From assembly GCA_010093605.1 (NCBI GenBank), contig MU004186.1, positions 761,765 through 825,764 of the forward strand: a stretch of DNA of 64,000 nt, given 5' to 3'. The stretch is from Lophium mytilinum. Its lineage: Eukaryota. Positions 37,497 through 50,101 of the stretch are shown here, piece after piece. Both the position numbers and the translations under genes were made by a program. The notes under the pieces were generated by a model. The model saw nothing but the letters and a program-made list of their open reading frames with translations. It ran no database searches and was not told the origin of the DNA. Numbering within the stretch: the stretch's first letter is position 1; each line of letters begins with the position of its first letter.

Positions 37497-38666
37497 CTAC
37501 AATTCCCGCGGCCTCTCACACCCACACTCCACCCCTTTCCCCTCCCACATCCGCTTCACCTCCCCCGGCACCTCCCGCCAATGCTCCTCCCCCTCTTCCA
37601 CCCTCCACCCCCCTCCTGTCTGCCACCCCAAATCCCGCCGCGGAAACACCTCCTCCCCCAAATGCATATTCCTAAAATTCTTCCACACCTCAATGCGAAC
37701 CTGCCGCCGATTCCGCCCTTCCTCGCTAACCTCGATCAGGAAATCCGTGTCGCAGTACGCGCACCCGTAGAGCTGCGCCGGGCAGCACGTGTAGAGCTCC
37801 GCGCTGGGGCGCTTACTGGGGTAATAGGGCCAGATGGGGTTTTCCCTGGGGTGTGCGGCGATAAAGGGGGATAGTGGCGCGTGGGCATATGCGCCGTTTG
37901 GGAGTTTTGGGACGCGGGAGGGGACGAGGAGGCGGGTTTGGACGAGGGCGTCGTGGGAGCAGAGGAGGAAGGGGGTGCATCGGAAGATAGTGGGGTGGGC
38001 GAGGTGGTGAAGGTATGGGATGCGCCAGATGAGGTGGAAGACGCCGTGCCAGAGGAGGTGGCAGGAGGAGATGGTCGCGCTGGTGCGGGAGGCGAGGGTT
38101 AGGCGGTGGCTGCGGTAGGGGTTGGAGGTGGTGTAGCAGTCCAGGATGGAGGGGCACAGGCCGGTTTTGGGGTTGAGGTGGTGGCTGCGGATGCTGAGGA
38201 GGGAGGAGAGGGGGATGCGGAGGAGGAGGTAGGGGTGGTGGAGGCCGATGGAGATTCTAAGGTCGGAGAAGCTTTGAGGTGCGAGGTGAGTGATACGTTT
38301 ATGGTGGAGGATTTGGCAATTTGCGCAGTGCTAGTACTCTTGGTGGTCTTTTTGGAGGAGGATGAGGAAGTCGTTCTTGGGGGTGGTTGAAGCCGTGAGG
38401 GTTGCACCGGCTACGATCCTGGCCTGGCGGGTTTGCTTCTTCAAGGACTCGCAGACTGTGATACTCAGGCACTCGTATGTATAGCGACTAGTGAGTGCGA
38501 AACATACGGCGTTAGAGGGGGGTAGAAAGGATGCAATTTTATCGATAAGTTCGACAGGGAGCTCCAGGATTTTGGCCAGGGAGGTTCCATTTCGAAAGCT
38601 TCTTGGTAAACATTGACTTCCAAGCTCTTGCAATCACTCCTTTCTACTTCGGAAGATTGTGGACAT
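37497..38666 (-). pseudogene. F-box domain protein pseudogene
   Basis: One reading frame of ~390 codons: MSTIFRSRKE*LQELGS...ILELPVELIDKIASFLP (F-box)...LLQKDHQEY*HCANCQILH...GCAYCDTDFLIE...VWKNF...REL*. In-frame stops are TGA 38634-38636 and TAG 38331-38333. Confidence 0.75.
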
Positions 38667-39254
38667 CGTATCGAGGCCAGTGACGACGTGTATTCCGAGC
38701 CATGATTTGAGAATTTGGAAAAGTTAAGATGAATCGAAGACGTATTGAAAAGAATGATACGGATGAGTGCTACCCATTAGATCATCTTGAACCCAAGATC
38801 GCTGAAAAGAACTAATAGGCTGCGTCAAGTACTCTGACAGCGTAGTATAGATGGTTTCCGTACAAGCCGTACAGATAAGGCTGATGAGAAGCAAGAGGCT
38901 TCACCACCGAATAATTTAATCACAATGGCAGCTAAACCTTTCCCAAATTTCGTTGGACTACCATCAGAGAAGTGGTCAGCTCAACGGAGAGATGTAGAAG
39001 AGCAGAGTGTCAGCGCGGGTCAGCAGCGTTCTTCACCTTTGTACGTATGTGGGATAAGGTGACCTCGCTGGCCCAGCCTCGCTGTTCTTGCTCGACCCCA
39101 CGTTCGTCGTGATCGTCGCTGCAGCCAATCGATCACCCAACCACCTCCCACCGCTGCTTGAACCTTTTTATATTCCGTGGCAGATGCCCGCCAGCAACCA
39201 CATCCTCCACCAAACCTCACAGACTGTTTGGACAGTCCGGGCAACATTCTCACC

Positions 39255-40643
39255 ATGACCGACGGCAATCCGACCCCGCTTCACGTCGAGTTGCCCCCCA
39301 CCAGCACCAACGGTGACGGCCCCTCCGAACCTGGCCGTACCACGCCGAAGGATAGCAAGGGCTGGGATGGGAAGCTGAGGATAGAACGACATCCTGTCAT
39401 CACGAATCCGGAGGCCTTGAGCGATCCCGAATACTCGGACGAAGATGCCCCGCCTGTGGAGCAGATCAACGCCGACGAGGGTGGGTTGAAGAAGTCTAGC
39501 TTGATAATTTACAATGGAGCTGACTCTGGGTCCTATAGATCTTTTGGACGATGTAGAAGAGGATGAGGAGGTTAGTAGCTCACATCCTTTAGGCAGTGAG
39601 GCGCAGAGACTAACTGGGTTGTAGGATATCAACCTCGTGCATTTCAGAATCTCAAGTATACCAGCACTACGACTCGAGCGGTTCAAGAAGATAGTGGTAC
39701 GTCGTGCGAAGAATCTAGCACTATCAAATACTGACAATTTCCTCGCCAGCGTCTCTGCCTCCGCCAAAACCAAATATCTGTTATCGACCTACCCGACACG
39801 GTCTCATCGACTCTTCAAGAGATCGACCTCTACGATAATCTGATCTCGCACATCAAAGGTCTCGACAACCTTCACGCTCTCACCTCGCTCGATCTTTCTT
39901 TCAACAAGATCAAGCACATCAAGCGTGTCAACCACCTCACCAAGCTCAAGGATCTATACTTCGTGCAGAACAAGATCGGAGCCATAGAAGGCCTAGATGG
40001 ACTGGAAAACCTGCGTATGCTAGAGCTAGGAGCAAACAGGATACGGGTACATCTACCTCCACACAAAAAAAAGCACAGCATACTAACGCGTCGCCAGGTC
40101 ATCGAGAATCTCGAAACCCTCACCGCACTTGAAGAGCTCTGGTTAGGCAAGAACAAGATCACAGAGATCAAAGTACGATAATTCCCACCTACTTCGGAGG
40201 ACACATGCTAACCAAACCGCAAGGGTGTCGACACCCTCACCAACCTCAAAATCCTCTCCATCCAATCCAACCGCCTAACCGCCATATCCGGCATCTCCGC
40301 CCTCACCAACCTCGAGGAACTGCACATCTCCCACAACGCCCTCGCCTCCCTCTCCGGCGTCGAGAAGAACACAAATCTCCGCGTCATCGACATCAGCAAC
40401 AACCCCATCAAATCCCTCGCCGGCCTGTCCCCCTTGTCCCACCTCGAGGAACTTTGGGCGAGCTACTGCCAAATCCACGACTTCTCGGAAGTCGAGGCAG
40501 AGCTGGCGGACAAAGACGAGCTGGAGACGGTGTATTTCGAAGGGAACCCGCTACAGCTTCGGCAGCCGGCGCTGTACCGGAACAAGGTAAAGCTGGCGCT
40601 GCCGCGGATCAAGCAGATCGATGCTACATTCGTGCATCTATAA
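39255..40643 (+). CDS. SDS22: Protein phosphatase 1 regulatory subunit Sds22 (leucine-rich repeat), multi-exon
   Basis: KDSKGWDGKLR N-terminal motif, SDS22-type LRRs (LDLSFNKIKHI, LELGANRI, LWLGKNKI) and the LRR cap YFEGNPLQ...YRNKVKLALPRIKQIDATFV. Confidence 0.93.
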
Positions 40644-40827
40644 TGGTTCTTTTGCAATTGGGCTAGATTGTGGCAAAGCATGGATATAGCGGGTTCTTGC
40701 ATTTGATAGGCGCTAGGCAGGGCGTATATAGCTGATATCCAAAATCTCAATATTTTCTCTGATATCAGGCTCTCAAAGCTGTCCGGGTATAGCTACGCAA
40801 CGATCAAACTGTACATGCGCAAGCTGG

Positions 40828-43302
40828 TTAAAGCTTGCTCTCCCTCGCCGCCGTTTCGACCGGCAACGCGCCGCTCATCACGTGCTCGCTCTCCCGCCCG
40901 AACAACACGGCTTCCCGTCCGCCCCTGGTGCCCCACCACGCGACTGCAGCACTGCTCCGCTCCGGGTCCATTTCGCCTGAGATCAACACTTCCCAGAAGC
41001 GGCCTTTGACTACTTCTCGCATCGCGTCGTCGTCGATTAGATTGACCAGATCAGCGCAAAGCGGCAGCCACTCCTCCAGTAACGGAACCGGGAGGTAGGG
41101 CAATGCGTCCAAAAGCGTTAATACGAGGACGGCCTGCTCCGACAGCGGAGGTGGAGGCGCGTCCGAGCCTGCGAGCGCCAGCTGCACAGAGTCGGGCGCG
41201 AGAGCGGCGGTAGGGGCGTGCAGCGCGCGGTGGTGGACGAGCTCGAGCAAGGTCGCGGGGAGGTCTGGCTGGGTAGCTGAAAGGGCCGACGGAGGCGCAG
41301 TGACGCGGAGGAGGGTCCTGAAGGCTAGGCGGAACTGGCGCGGCGAGAGGTCGTCTGGGAAGACCTTGAAAAGAGCGTCGATGTAGAAGGGGAGGTGTTT
41401 CGCAGTGATTTCGGCGGATTGGGGAGCCGAAAGCACGGCAAGGATGACGCTGTGGGCTGCTTCGAAGATGGGAAGCATGTTGTGGTTGCCGCCGGCTGCA
41501 AGGTAGGGGACTGCGGATGCAACGAGGAGATCCTCGTTCGTTGCGGGGGAGAGGACGAGGGTGAAGTGCTCGGCGGTATTGAGGAAATAGAGGTCTAGAG
41601 TACGGTCGAGGGGATGGCCGGGGATGTTTCCTAGTTGAGGAGGGGCGATCGATTTCAGGAACGCGTCGGATTGAATAGGGTAGTGGGTCAAAATATCTAT
41701 GGCGGTGAGATACACAAAGGTGTGTTGGCTGAAGGAGGCGGGCCCTAGGCGGTTGGATATGAAGTATAGATGGCGTAAGGTGTGCAGCGTTTGTGTGGCA
41801 AGCACAGGTGCCACTAGAGCTTGTTAACGGTGGACTAGAATAAAAAATGTGAGATAATGAAACATTCTCAAACTTACCTCCATCAGCGGCGAGAATGCGA
41901 TCGCTGAGGATGCGGCCCAACACACCGCGGAGAACGATGGTCGTAGCAAACAAAGCGGCCTTCAAAAGCTTCCATAAAACGGGTAAAGTGGTTCGTAGTG
42001 CTTCTTCTTCAAGAAATAGCGCCTCCTCTGAAACGTCAATCTCAGATAACTTGTTTTGTCGCCACTGCGTTGTAAGAGCTCTGGAGAAGCCTGCCAGGTC
42101 ATCGACCATGGTCTGAATAAGCCATGGATCTCTAATGTTCTCAACAGCATGCGCCATCAATCGGGATAGCGGGCCCATTGAGGCCACCAGTGGACGTGAG
42201 ACAATACTCTCGACTTGCTTGAAAGATGACGAGTGTGCCTTTTGTCGTATTAGCAATCGAAAAAACGAGTAGATAGGAGTCACTTACAGGCCAGTTAAAT
42301 TTCTTTCCTGCTACCTCCACAACGTCAAGGTCAATCCCGCCTAAGAAATAGGCGGACTGAAAGCCTTCACTAGAAAAGAAAGTGGTTCCGAGAAGGACCG
42401 GGAGTAAGAGCTGTGCCCGTCAGTATCGTTCAATGGAGTGATAGCAGCATACCACACTCACGTCATAATCTAGCCCTGTCCTTTCAAAATCAGAAAGACA
42501 GCCGAAACTATGGTTCAAAACCAGAGCCACCGTCTGACCCCCAAGTCCATCCGCATCACCACTTTCTCGTACCTCGACCAGGGCCAGATTGGTAGCTTTT
42601 ACAAGTGCACTTTCCAGCCTCTTTCTTAGCCCGGCGGCCCATTCCACGTCTATCCCCTGCTCTTCTTGACTTCCCATACCGATCAGGAGGCCTCCCAGTA
42701 CCAACAGGTGCGTCCATCGAGCACTTCTGTCATCGGCACCACTGACAATTGCCCGAGCCCAAGCATCGATTGAGAGGCCTCCACCGATCGGCGGTTGTCC
42801 AGGATGAAGAAGGGGCGCGGGGTGCTCCCGTACAGCATTATGGTGCGTTATGAGTGTAGTGATTGAAGAGTGGAAGACGCCGAGGAGGCGGAGTGAAGTG
42901 CGGAGCCCATCTGGGCGTTCCCAGAATGCGGGGGCTGTGAGGAGATGTGACGTAAGGAGGGAGAGATTATGAGGGTTCGACAGCGTTGTTAGGAGGGATG
43001 CTGCGGTTGCGAGGAGGCTGTAGTTGATTAGTATGAGCGCGATAAAAGTAGCAATGCCCCATTCCGCATCTGTGCACAGAGAATCTGTCACTGCTCGAAG
43101 TGCTTAGTAGAGTCGTCAAGGCTTCGGCCGGCATATTGAACATCTCGTACACTCTTCGAAGCACCACAAGCAGTCGCAGAACAAGGTACACCGGACTACG
43201 AAGAGGTACTGTGTAGGGAAGTAGCTACCGAGGTGTATCTTGCTGATCTGTGTATGTCTGGAGCGAGCGCAAGAGCGTGCTCAACAGGCGATCTGCTGGC
43301 AT
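40828..43302 (-). CDS. PEX8: Peroxin 8, about 4 exons, with C-terminal PTS1
   Basis: Starts MPADRLLSTLLRSLQ. Contains LSNPHNLSLLTSHLL, WRQNKLSEID, FEAAHSVILAV and AVAWWGTRGGRE. Ends in SKL. Confidence 0.9.
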
Positions 43303-43495
43303 TATCGGGTATGTATTCGGGCCACAGGTAAGGGCCCAGGCATGGACAACGTGGTTGTTAGGGATGGAATGGCGCTGAGCGTGGTGTTGATGAAGTCGCG
43401 CGCCAAAGCCGAGGCACGGCCGCACGTTCTTCCACTCGCAAGCCTCACGTCACTCTCGAAACACCATTTCACGGACCAAGAGCAATCGCGATGCA

Positions 43496-44024
43496 ATGAG
43501 GTATGTCCGTCTTCGATTTCAAGTCCATAATGCTCTTCTGACTCATATTAGCTTCATCCAACGCGTCTCTTCGCAGGCGCCCACCGACTACACCACTCCA
43601 CCCTGGCCATCTCTTTACTGGCCCATCCCTTTACTTGGCCCGCAATCCTACTACCTATACCATCCGAGTGACATCTGGCGCTTCACGATCATTTGGACCC
43701 TCCTCCTCTATGCAGCCATTCATTTCGTTGTCGCGGGATGGGCGACCACTATACAGCTGCGAAACTGGAAAGTCGCCTGGATTATACCCCCCATTTATGC
43801 CATCATTGGAGGTATCGAAGGCATTGTTGCCGGTAGTGTTGTCGGAGGACTGTAAGATGAATAATGTGACGCTGAAGCCCTGGCAACACTGACAGGAACT
43901 CAGGCTGGGAGGCGTCTACAATGCCGGATATTACAGAGTGTCTACTTGGATACCGTTCATCTGGGCCCTGATCAATGCATTGGTTCTGATCCTGTCCTCC
44001 TTTGCGATCCAAGGCGGCCTTTGA
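43496..44024 (+). CDS. Small integral membrane protein of the TMEM170/YPR153W-like family, 3 exons
   Basis: ATG-AG, intron, then PPWPSLYWP...YLYHPSDIWRFTIIWTL...GIVAGSVVGGL, intron, then LGGVYNAGYYRVSTWIPFIWALIN...QGGL*. Confidence 0.8.
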
Positions 44025-46309
44025 GCGAATCACAAGAAAGTCCCCCGGGAACCTATTGAGGATCATTTTCCTCCAATGGGGATGAGATACGAAGTTAATT
44101 CTTTCAGCTATGAAATGTAAGTCGCTAGAATTATTCCATCCGGCACGACCTGACAGCGCCGCGGACACTCCAAAAGCACTAGAGCATCTAGCCTAACCAA
44201 GCACTGCAGAAAAACTGGGATCTATAAATACACTGCTAGTCCCGCGCTAAGCTCCCGCTTTTGTGAAACGCGCCAGCTGAAAACCGTTCGTATCGTTAGG
44301 CATCGTAGTGGAGCTTCCGGCAATCCGGCTCCTGAACGCGAAAACCGCAGCCTCAAGAGTAGAAGCCACATGGCAATGTGATCGTAGGTGTCAAGCCGAG
44401 AACGGGTATCGTCTCAAGCGAAACACTGCTCTTTCAGAAGATGGATAGCCTTTGATCCATCTTGGCCCATAGAGCAATATGAAGAGTTAGGAGTAGTTGA
44501 CTGTGGAGGAAATGAGTGTCTCATTCTCCGGCCCCAAGAGTGAGTGACGGAGTCGGTTCCGCAGTCCCAGGGCCGCTGACTTCGTCGAAGGTATTGAAAA
44601 CAGATGCGAATGAATGGGAGAAGTCGGTTGATAAGAATCAGGGTTTTTGGCGGAAAACACTTACTCACAATTGATTTCTCGAGAGGAGTACGGCTTGCAG
44701 CTCATCCACACGGCAATTTTCATCTGCTGCCATTTGGCGACTTACTTTTCAAAAGCAACCCGATCTCATACCGCATGGCCTGATCCAGTTAACTAGGCTC
44801 TATGAAGTTACGACACCCCCTCGGATCGGTCACTACGGGCTGGGTGGCGCAGTCAGACTTCGATTATTTACTTTATGCGGCAGCGTCTCGAGGTCCATGC
44901 GCTGCTATCCCTGAAAATGCGGTCTAGCGAGCCAAGGTGTCAGCCGTTATGGCGTTCCAAGGCTGCGTATTTGGGTTTTTTGGTCACAGTGAGGTGTGGT
45001 GCAAGCTTGCATCCGCTCGCTTTCTGCAACGCGTCTCGTGTTGGTGGAGTAATTAAAATGAACAGGCACCGATCCATCCCATCCTGCTGCAAGTCAGACT
45101 GCGACACATTGGGTTGGTTTGGTCCGGTGTGGGTTGGTTGGTTCGAGTCATTGAAGACATGCTTGCAAACAGCACCAAGAGCGCGACATGCAACCCAAGG
45201 CATCATTCAGGCGTCCACGGGCTATTCCACCATCCTGGGGAGACTATTCGGCTTACTGTGTAGTGATACCACTCTGCTGCCGACTCTGCTGCTTCCGGAG
45301 CCGTGCGGATGTCGCCAAATCATGCCTGCTGTTCATCACCATCACACCAGTCTACGCGCTAAAAGCCAATTCATGTCCACAATACAAGCGCGGAAATCCT
45401 TTCACTGCGCGCAACGGTGCGACAGCGGACGCGATATCGGGACGCTGCACAGATGCAAAAATGTGACGGCTACTATTCTGACCGGAGGAGTGACAATAGA
45501 TAAACAGAGGGGAAGGTCGTTTCAAAAAAGGTGGTTGTGAGGTTTTTTCATGGCCAGCAGCTCTGGGGCCGTTCGCCCTGTGCCCCTGGCGATCATGCCA
45601 TGGGCCCCGACTAGGGCGAGCAAGGCTGTCCTCGCTGTCAGCTTCGTTGGGATGGACTCTGAGCTACTCCGCTTCTGTAAACAGCCCTGCTGTCAGGTCA
45701 CCCAGGAGGTCGGATAGGCAAACCCGGGTAAGAATTACTGGACTGCCGAGCCCTGCACGCAATCACCGTCCCTCTTATCTCGTACCATCAACTCCGACGT
45801 GTGTTGTTCTCGGGGGCCAGCGTCCAACTCCAGTCTCTCCCTGGACCCCAGTGATGGCGCAGGTGGACGTATTCGTGTTTGCAAGATTCGCGCGCGCGAG
45901 CCCCTGACGGGATGCAATTCTTCTGGGCAGACGGACGCTGCGACGGCGGCGAAGCGGCTCTTAGCTCTGATATCGCAGCGAATCATGGGCCTGTGCGTGT
46001 TTCCCGACTCGACATTCCCAGATGGGACTAGACCACACTGGAGATCCCTTTCCTCACTTCGCTCTCCCAATGGCGCTACGGCCCGTTAGGGAACAGGGAT
46101 CCGCATTGCTTGAATACGAGTAGGCCGTTGATCCAGGGCGCTTTCAGCATCGCCTCGAGCAACAAGGGCAAGCTCGGCCGTGAATGGATTGGTGAAGCCG
46201 CCCGGCGGCCCATGTCAGATGCTAATTGGGCCTTCGTCATGGCCGGTGAACGCAGGAGAGCCAACGCCTGTGGGGTTCCCCTGGCCTAAGGCTGGGCTAA
46301 TGCCGACTG

Positions 46310-46317
46310 TATAAGAG
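46310..46317 (+). promoter_or_regulatory. Candidate TATA box of the galactose oxidase gene
   Basis: TATAAGAG about 270 bp upstream of the ATG at 46583, followed by pyrimidine-rich tracts. Confidence 0.3.
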
Positions 46318-46582
46318 CAGTGCGCCTCCTTCGTGTCTTTGAGAACGCCGCCCGGTCAAGCTTTACTGCGGTGCTACACTCGTTTTTCAGCATCTTCATG
46401 CACCCACACTCACTCATTCTTTTAATTTTTGCATAGTTCCAGCCCTTGTGGCTAGTCACTCGTTAATACACCTTTACACTCGCCGTTTGCTGATCCAGTG
46501 TGGTCCAAATACCGCATTAAGCTTTTCCCCAGTCAACAAACAAATCAGCCACCTCCACAAATAGATAACGGCTATCGTCACC

Positions 46583-49123
46583 ATGTTGACTTCTTCGTAT
46601 TCCCTAATTTTTGCTCTGTTCTCGGTTGCGGTCGACTGTTCACCACTTCCTAAGGCACTCGTACCGCGTCTCCAGCAACTAGATGGCGAGACGGTGCCCG
46701 ACCGATTTGCGTTCAACGATGCCGTTCCCCTCGCCAGGACTGGGTGGACCGCTGTAGCCGACAGCACTCAGGGTGGAGATGTAGCCAGCAGAGTCCTCGA
46801 TGGTAACGCGAATACGCTATGGCATTCCGAGTACACTCCCGCGCTCAAGGCCCTTCCCCATACCATCACCATCGACATGAAGAAGAACAACTGGATCAAT
46901 GGATTCTCCTACCTACCCCGTCAAGACACCAGCAACAACGGTAACATTGGCCAGCACACAATCCAAGTGAGCAAGGACAACACCAACTGGCAACAAGTCG
47001 CCCTTGGCACGTACGGAAACACCAAGCTCGAGAAGAAGACCCTGTTCTCCTCTGTTCAGGCACGCTATGTACGAATCACTGCCTACACGGAAGCCCAAGG
47101 AACCAACCTTGCGTACACGAGCGCAGCCGAGATCAACATTCTCAGCGGACCAGACCCAATTCTCCCACGAGACACCTGGAAGGTCAGCGCAGACAGCGCG
47201 CAGGCTGGAAACGCGGCAAGCCTAGCCATTGACGGCGATGTCGACACGAAATGGCACACTCCCTTCACCGGTGGAAACCTCCCTGGCTATCCCCATACCT
47301 TCACTATTGACCAAGGCTCCGTGACCGCTGTTTCTGGCTTCAGCTACCTTCCTCGACCGGACGCGTCAGGCCCCAACGGACGTGTCGGCAAATACATCAT
47401 CCAGTACACCAACAACACGAATACTTGGGCTGATGCTGCCACTGGCACTTGGGTTGACGACCCAAACCCAAAGACCGTCACCTTCCCCGTGCACTGGGCA
47501 CGCTACTGGCGCCTCCGCGCTCTCAGCGAGGCTGGCAACCGGGGCCCCTGGGCGAGTGCCGCAGAGATCAACTTGCACGACGGCAGCTCCAAGGGAGTCA
47601 AGACGCCACTGCCGGCTAGCTTAGGTCAATGGTCTGAGACGATCGACTTCCCCATCGTCCCAGTTGCTGCTGCTGTACTTAGCAATGGTAAGTTGAATAG
47701 CAAAAGAACATGATAATTGAATTACGCTAACAAACTTGCAGGCAAGGTTGTGACATGGTCCGCACAGTGGGCGAACGCATTCGGCGGAGGAACGGGCCAG
47801 ACTCAGACTGCCATCTTCGATCCGGCGACCGGCAAGGTGTCTCAGAAGATTGTCACCAACACCAAGCATGACATGTTCTGCCCGGGTATCTCAATGAGCG
47901 CTGACGGAAAGGTCGTTGTCACTGGCGGCAACGATGCTGCTAAGACCAGCATCTACACCGTTGCCAGCGACGCGTGGGCCTCAGGTGCCAACATGCAGAT
48001 CAAGCGTGGCTACCAAGGTCAGACTACGCTTTCCGATGGTCGCATCTTCACCATCGGTGGCTCCTGGAGCGGCGGATACGGCGGTCAGGACGGTACCCCT
48101 TTCAAGAACGGAGAAATCTACAGCCCGGGCGCGAACACCTGGAAGCTTCTCTCAGGCGCCAATGTCAAGAAGATCCTCACCCAGGACGCTCAAGGACCCT
48201 TCCGCACCGACAACCACGCCTGGCTCTTCGGCTGGAAGGGTGGCTTCGCTTTCCAAGCTGGCCCATCCAAGCAGATGAACTGGTTCGACATGAGGGGCAA
48301 CGGTGTCACGACATCCGCTGGCAACCGCGGCGACGACGCAGACGCGATGAACGGCAACGCCATCATGTACGATGCCGTGGCCGGCAAGATCCTCACCATC
48401 GGTGGTGCAAAGGACTACCAAGAGACGACCGCGACCGCCAACGCTCACATCATCACTCTAGGTGGACAGGGTGGCGCAGTTACCGTCACCAAGCTCACAT
48501 CGATGAAGTACGCTCGCAGCTTTGCCAACAGTGTTGTCCTTCCCGACGGCAAGGTTCTCATCATGGGTGGTCAGCACTTCGCCAAGCCCTTCTCTGACGA
48601 TACCGCCGTCCTGTACCCCGAGCTCTGGGACCCAGCCACTGGCAAGTTTACCGTCATGAACCCGGCCAACAGCCCCCGCAACTACCACAGTGTCGGCGTG
48701 CTGCTGCCCGACGGCACCGTCTTCTCCGGTGGCGGAGGACTCTGCGGCTCCTGCACGGCCAATCACTTCGATGCTGAGGTCTTCAGGCCCCCGTACCTGT
48801 TCACTGCCTCCGGCGCTCTGGCTACCCGCCCAACCATCACCAAGGTCTCGGCTACCACCGTCACCGTCGGTGATAAGATCCAAATCACAACCGGCGGCAC
48901 CGTCACCAGCTTCTCGCTGATCCGCATGGGCTCGGCAACGCACTCGATCAACACCGACCAGCGCCGCATTCCCCTGACTCCTACCAAGACCGCGAGCGGT
49001 TACACCATCACGGTGCCTGGCGATTCGGGTATCGCGCTGCCCGGCTCCTGGATGCTGTTCGCCATCCAGAACGGCGTTCCTAGCGTGGCTAAGACGATTA
49101 TGATCAAGGCAAAGCCGATTTAA
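46583..49123 (+). CDS. gaoA: Secreted galactose oxidase (AA5_2 copper radical oxidase) with two tandem CBM32 (F5/8 type C) domains, 2 exons
   Basis: Signal peptide, then two CBM32 repeats (LDGNANTLWHS...YLPRQD; IDGDVDTKWHT...YLPRPD). Kelch propeller has HDMFCPG (Cys), RGYQ (Tyr), GGSWSGG, RNYHS (Tyr-His) and ATHS (His). Intron at about 47688-47741. Confidence 0.92.
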
Positions 49124-49515
49124 GGGATTTTCCAAGGGGTAAAATTATGGATTGGGGCGGGTTTCGGGAAGGCTTCTTCGAAAGCGTTAATTCTAATGCG
49201 TCTACGTACGCGAGATAAACGGTTGAATGTAAACAATGCTGCTTGGATAAAATAATAAGAAGTAATTAATTCGAGTGTTCGAGATCAACCGTAAGAATTC
49301 GATTGGCTGTCTTTTGTGAGTGATGCGTCGTTGAAGTAAGGTTTAGGTTGGGCGTTTGGTACTACCAAAGTACATGTGCAACCACTATGCCTTGGCAAGA
49401 CTGTCACCATCGCCCATTTCGAAAGTACTTTCTCTGTATCATAACCTCCATCCGCTGAATAGCCCCAAGCACGTCCTCGGCTATCCTCCTCTCCTCTCCT
49501 CCCCTTCCCCGCCCC

Positions 49516-50064
49516 TTACTCCTTCGCAGCTTCCCGTTCCTTCTTCATAATCTTCCAGATGTCGTTCAAGTCCACCTTGCGCTTAGGGACGGTATCCGTT
49601 GTCTCTACGAATCGCGGCTTGAACTCGATCTCAAACCAACCTGGAACGGCCACTCTCCCTCCCTGAACCCAGCCTAGCTGCTCCTTCCAATAAGTGACGA
49701 ATCGAGCGTGAAGAGCTGTAGTCGTGGCAGTTGAGGTTTGGTCAGACTTGATCGCTTCGCTCTGAGCATGGTCATGAAGAAGGTCTGCAAGAATCGCAAC
49801 TCGAGGGGCAGGGCCGCCGTATGGATAACACCGGTACTTGTAAGTAGCAGCATCGTCGAACCACCCACACCCGATGTGCTCAAGCACGAACGTGATCTTT
49901 CTCATCGCCGGAAACTCTCTCAGCAGGACATGCTTCATCCTGCCGGCCCACGGCGGCATCCTTACCCCCTCGACTGCTGGTATCTTCTCAGAGTCCCATA
50001 GAGTTGTGAACTTCAACTTCGTAGCGTAGAGAGCGTAGGATGGAGGCAACGTTCCCATGATCAA
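49516..50064 (-). CDS. Hypothetical protein, possibly 5'-truncated
   Basis: 182-aa ORF with protein-like composition and no recognised motif. A solo MITE TIR lies 7 bp upstream. Confidence 0.4.
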   Translation of the reverse strand: MIMGTLPPSYALYATKLKFTTLWDSEKIPAVEGVRMPPWAGRMKHVLLREFPAMRKITFVLEHIGCGWFDDAATYKYRCYPYGGPAPRVAILADLLHDHAQSEAIKSDQTSTATTTALHARFVTYWKEQLGWVQGGRVAVPGWFEIEFKPRFVETTDTVPKRKVDLNDIWKIMKKEREAAKE

Positions 50065-50070
50065 CCTACC

Positions 50071-50101
50071 AGCGTGCCCAGACTTGTGGTCTGCTACTGT
50101 A
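50071..50101. repeat. Solo terminal inverted repeat of the MITE-like family
   Basis: Reverse complement reads TA-CAGTAGCAGACCACAAGTCTGGGCACGCT, matching the TIRs at 8883, 9105 and 36807. Confidence 0.65.

Noticed and set aside
44875..45540. 221-aa ORF in the long intergenic region upstream of galactose oxidase
   Set aside because: No recognisable domain and random-looking composition; treated as non-coding.
9509..49123. Functional cluster of two secreted copper enzymes (LPMO and H2O2-producing oxidase)
   Set aside because: They are 35 kb apart and separated by many housekeeping genes.
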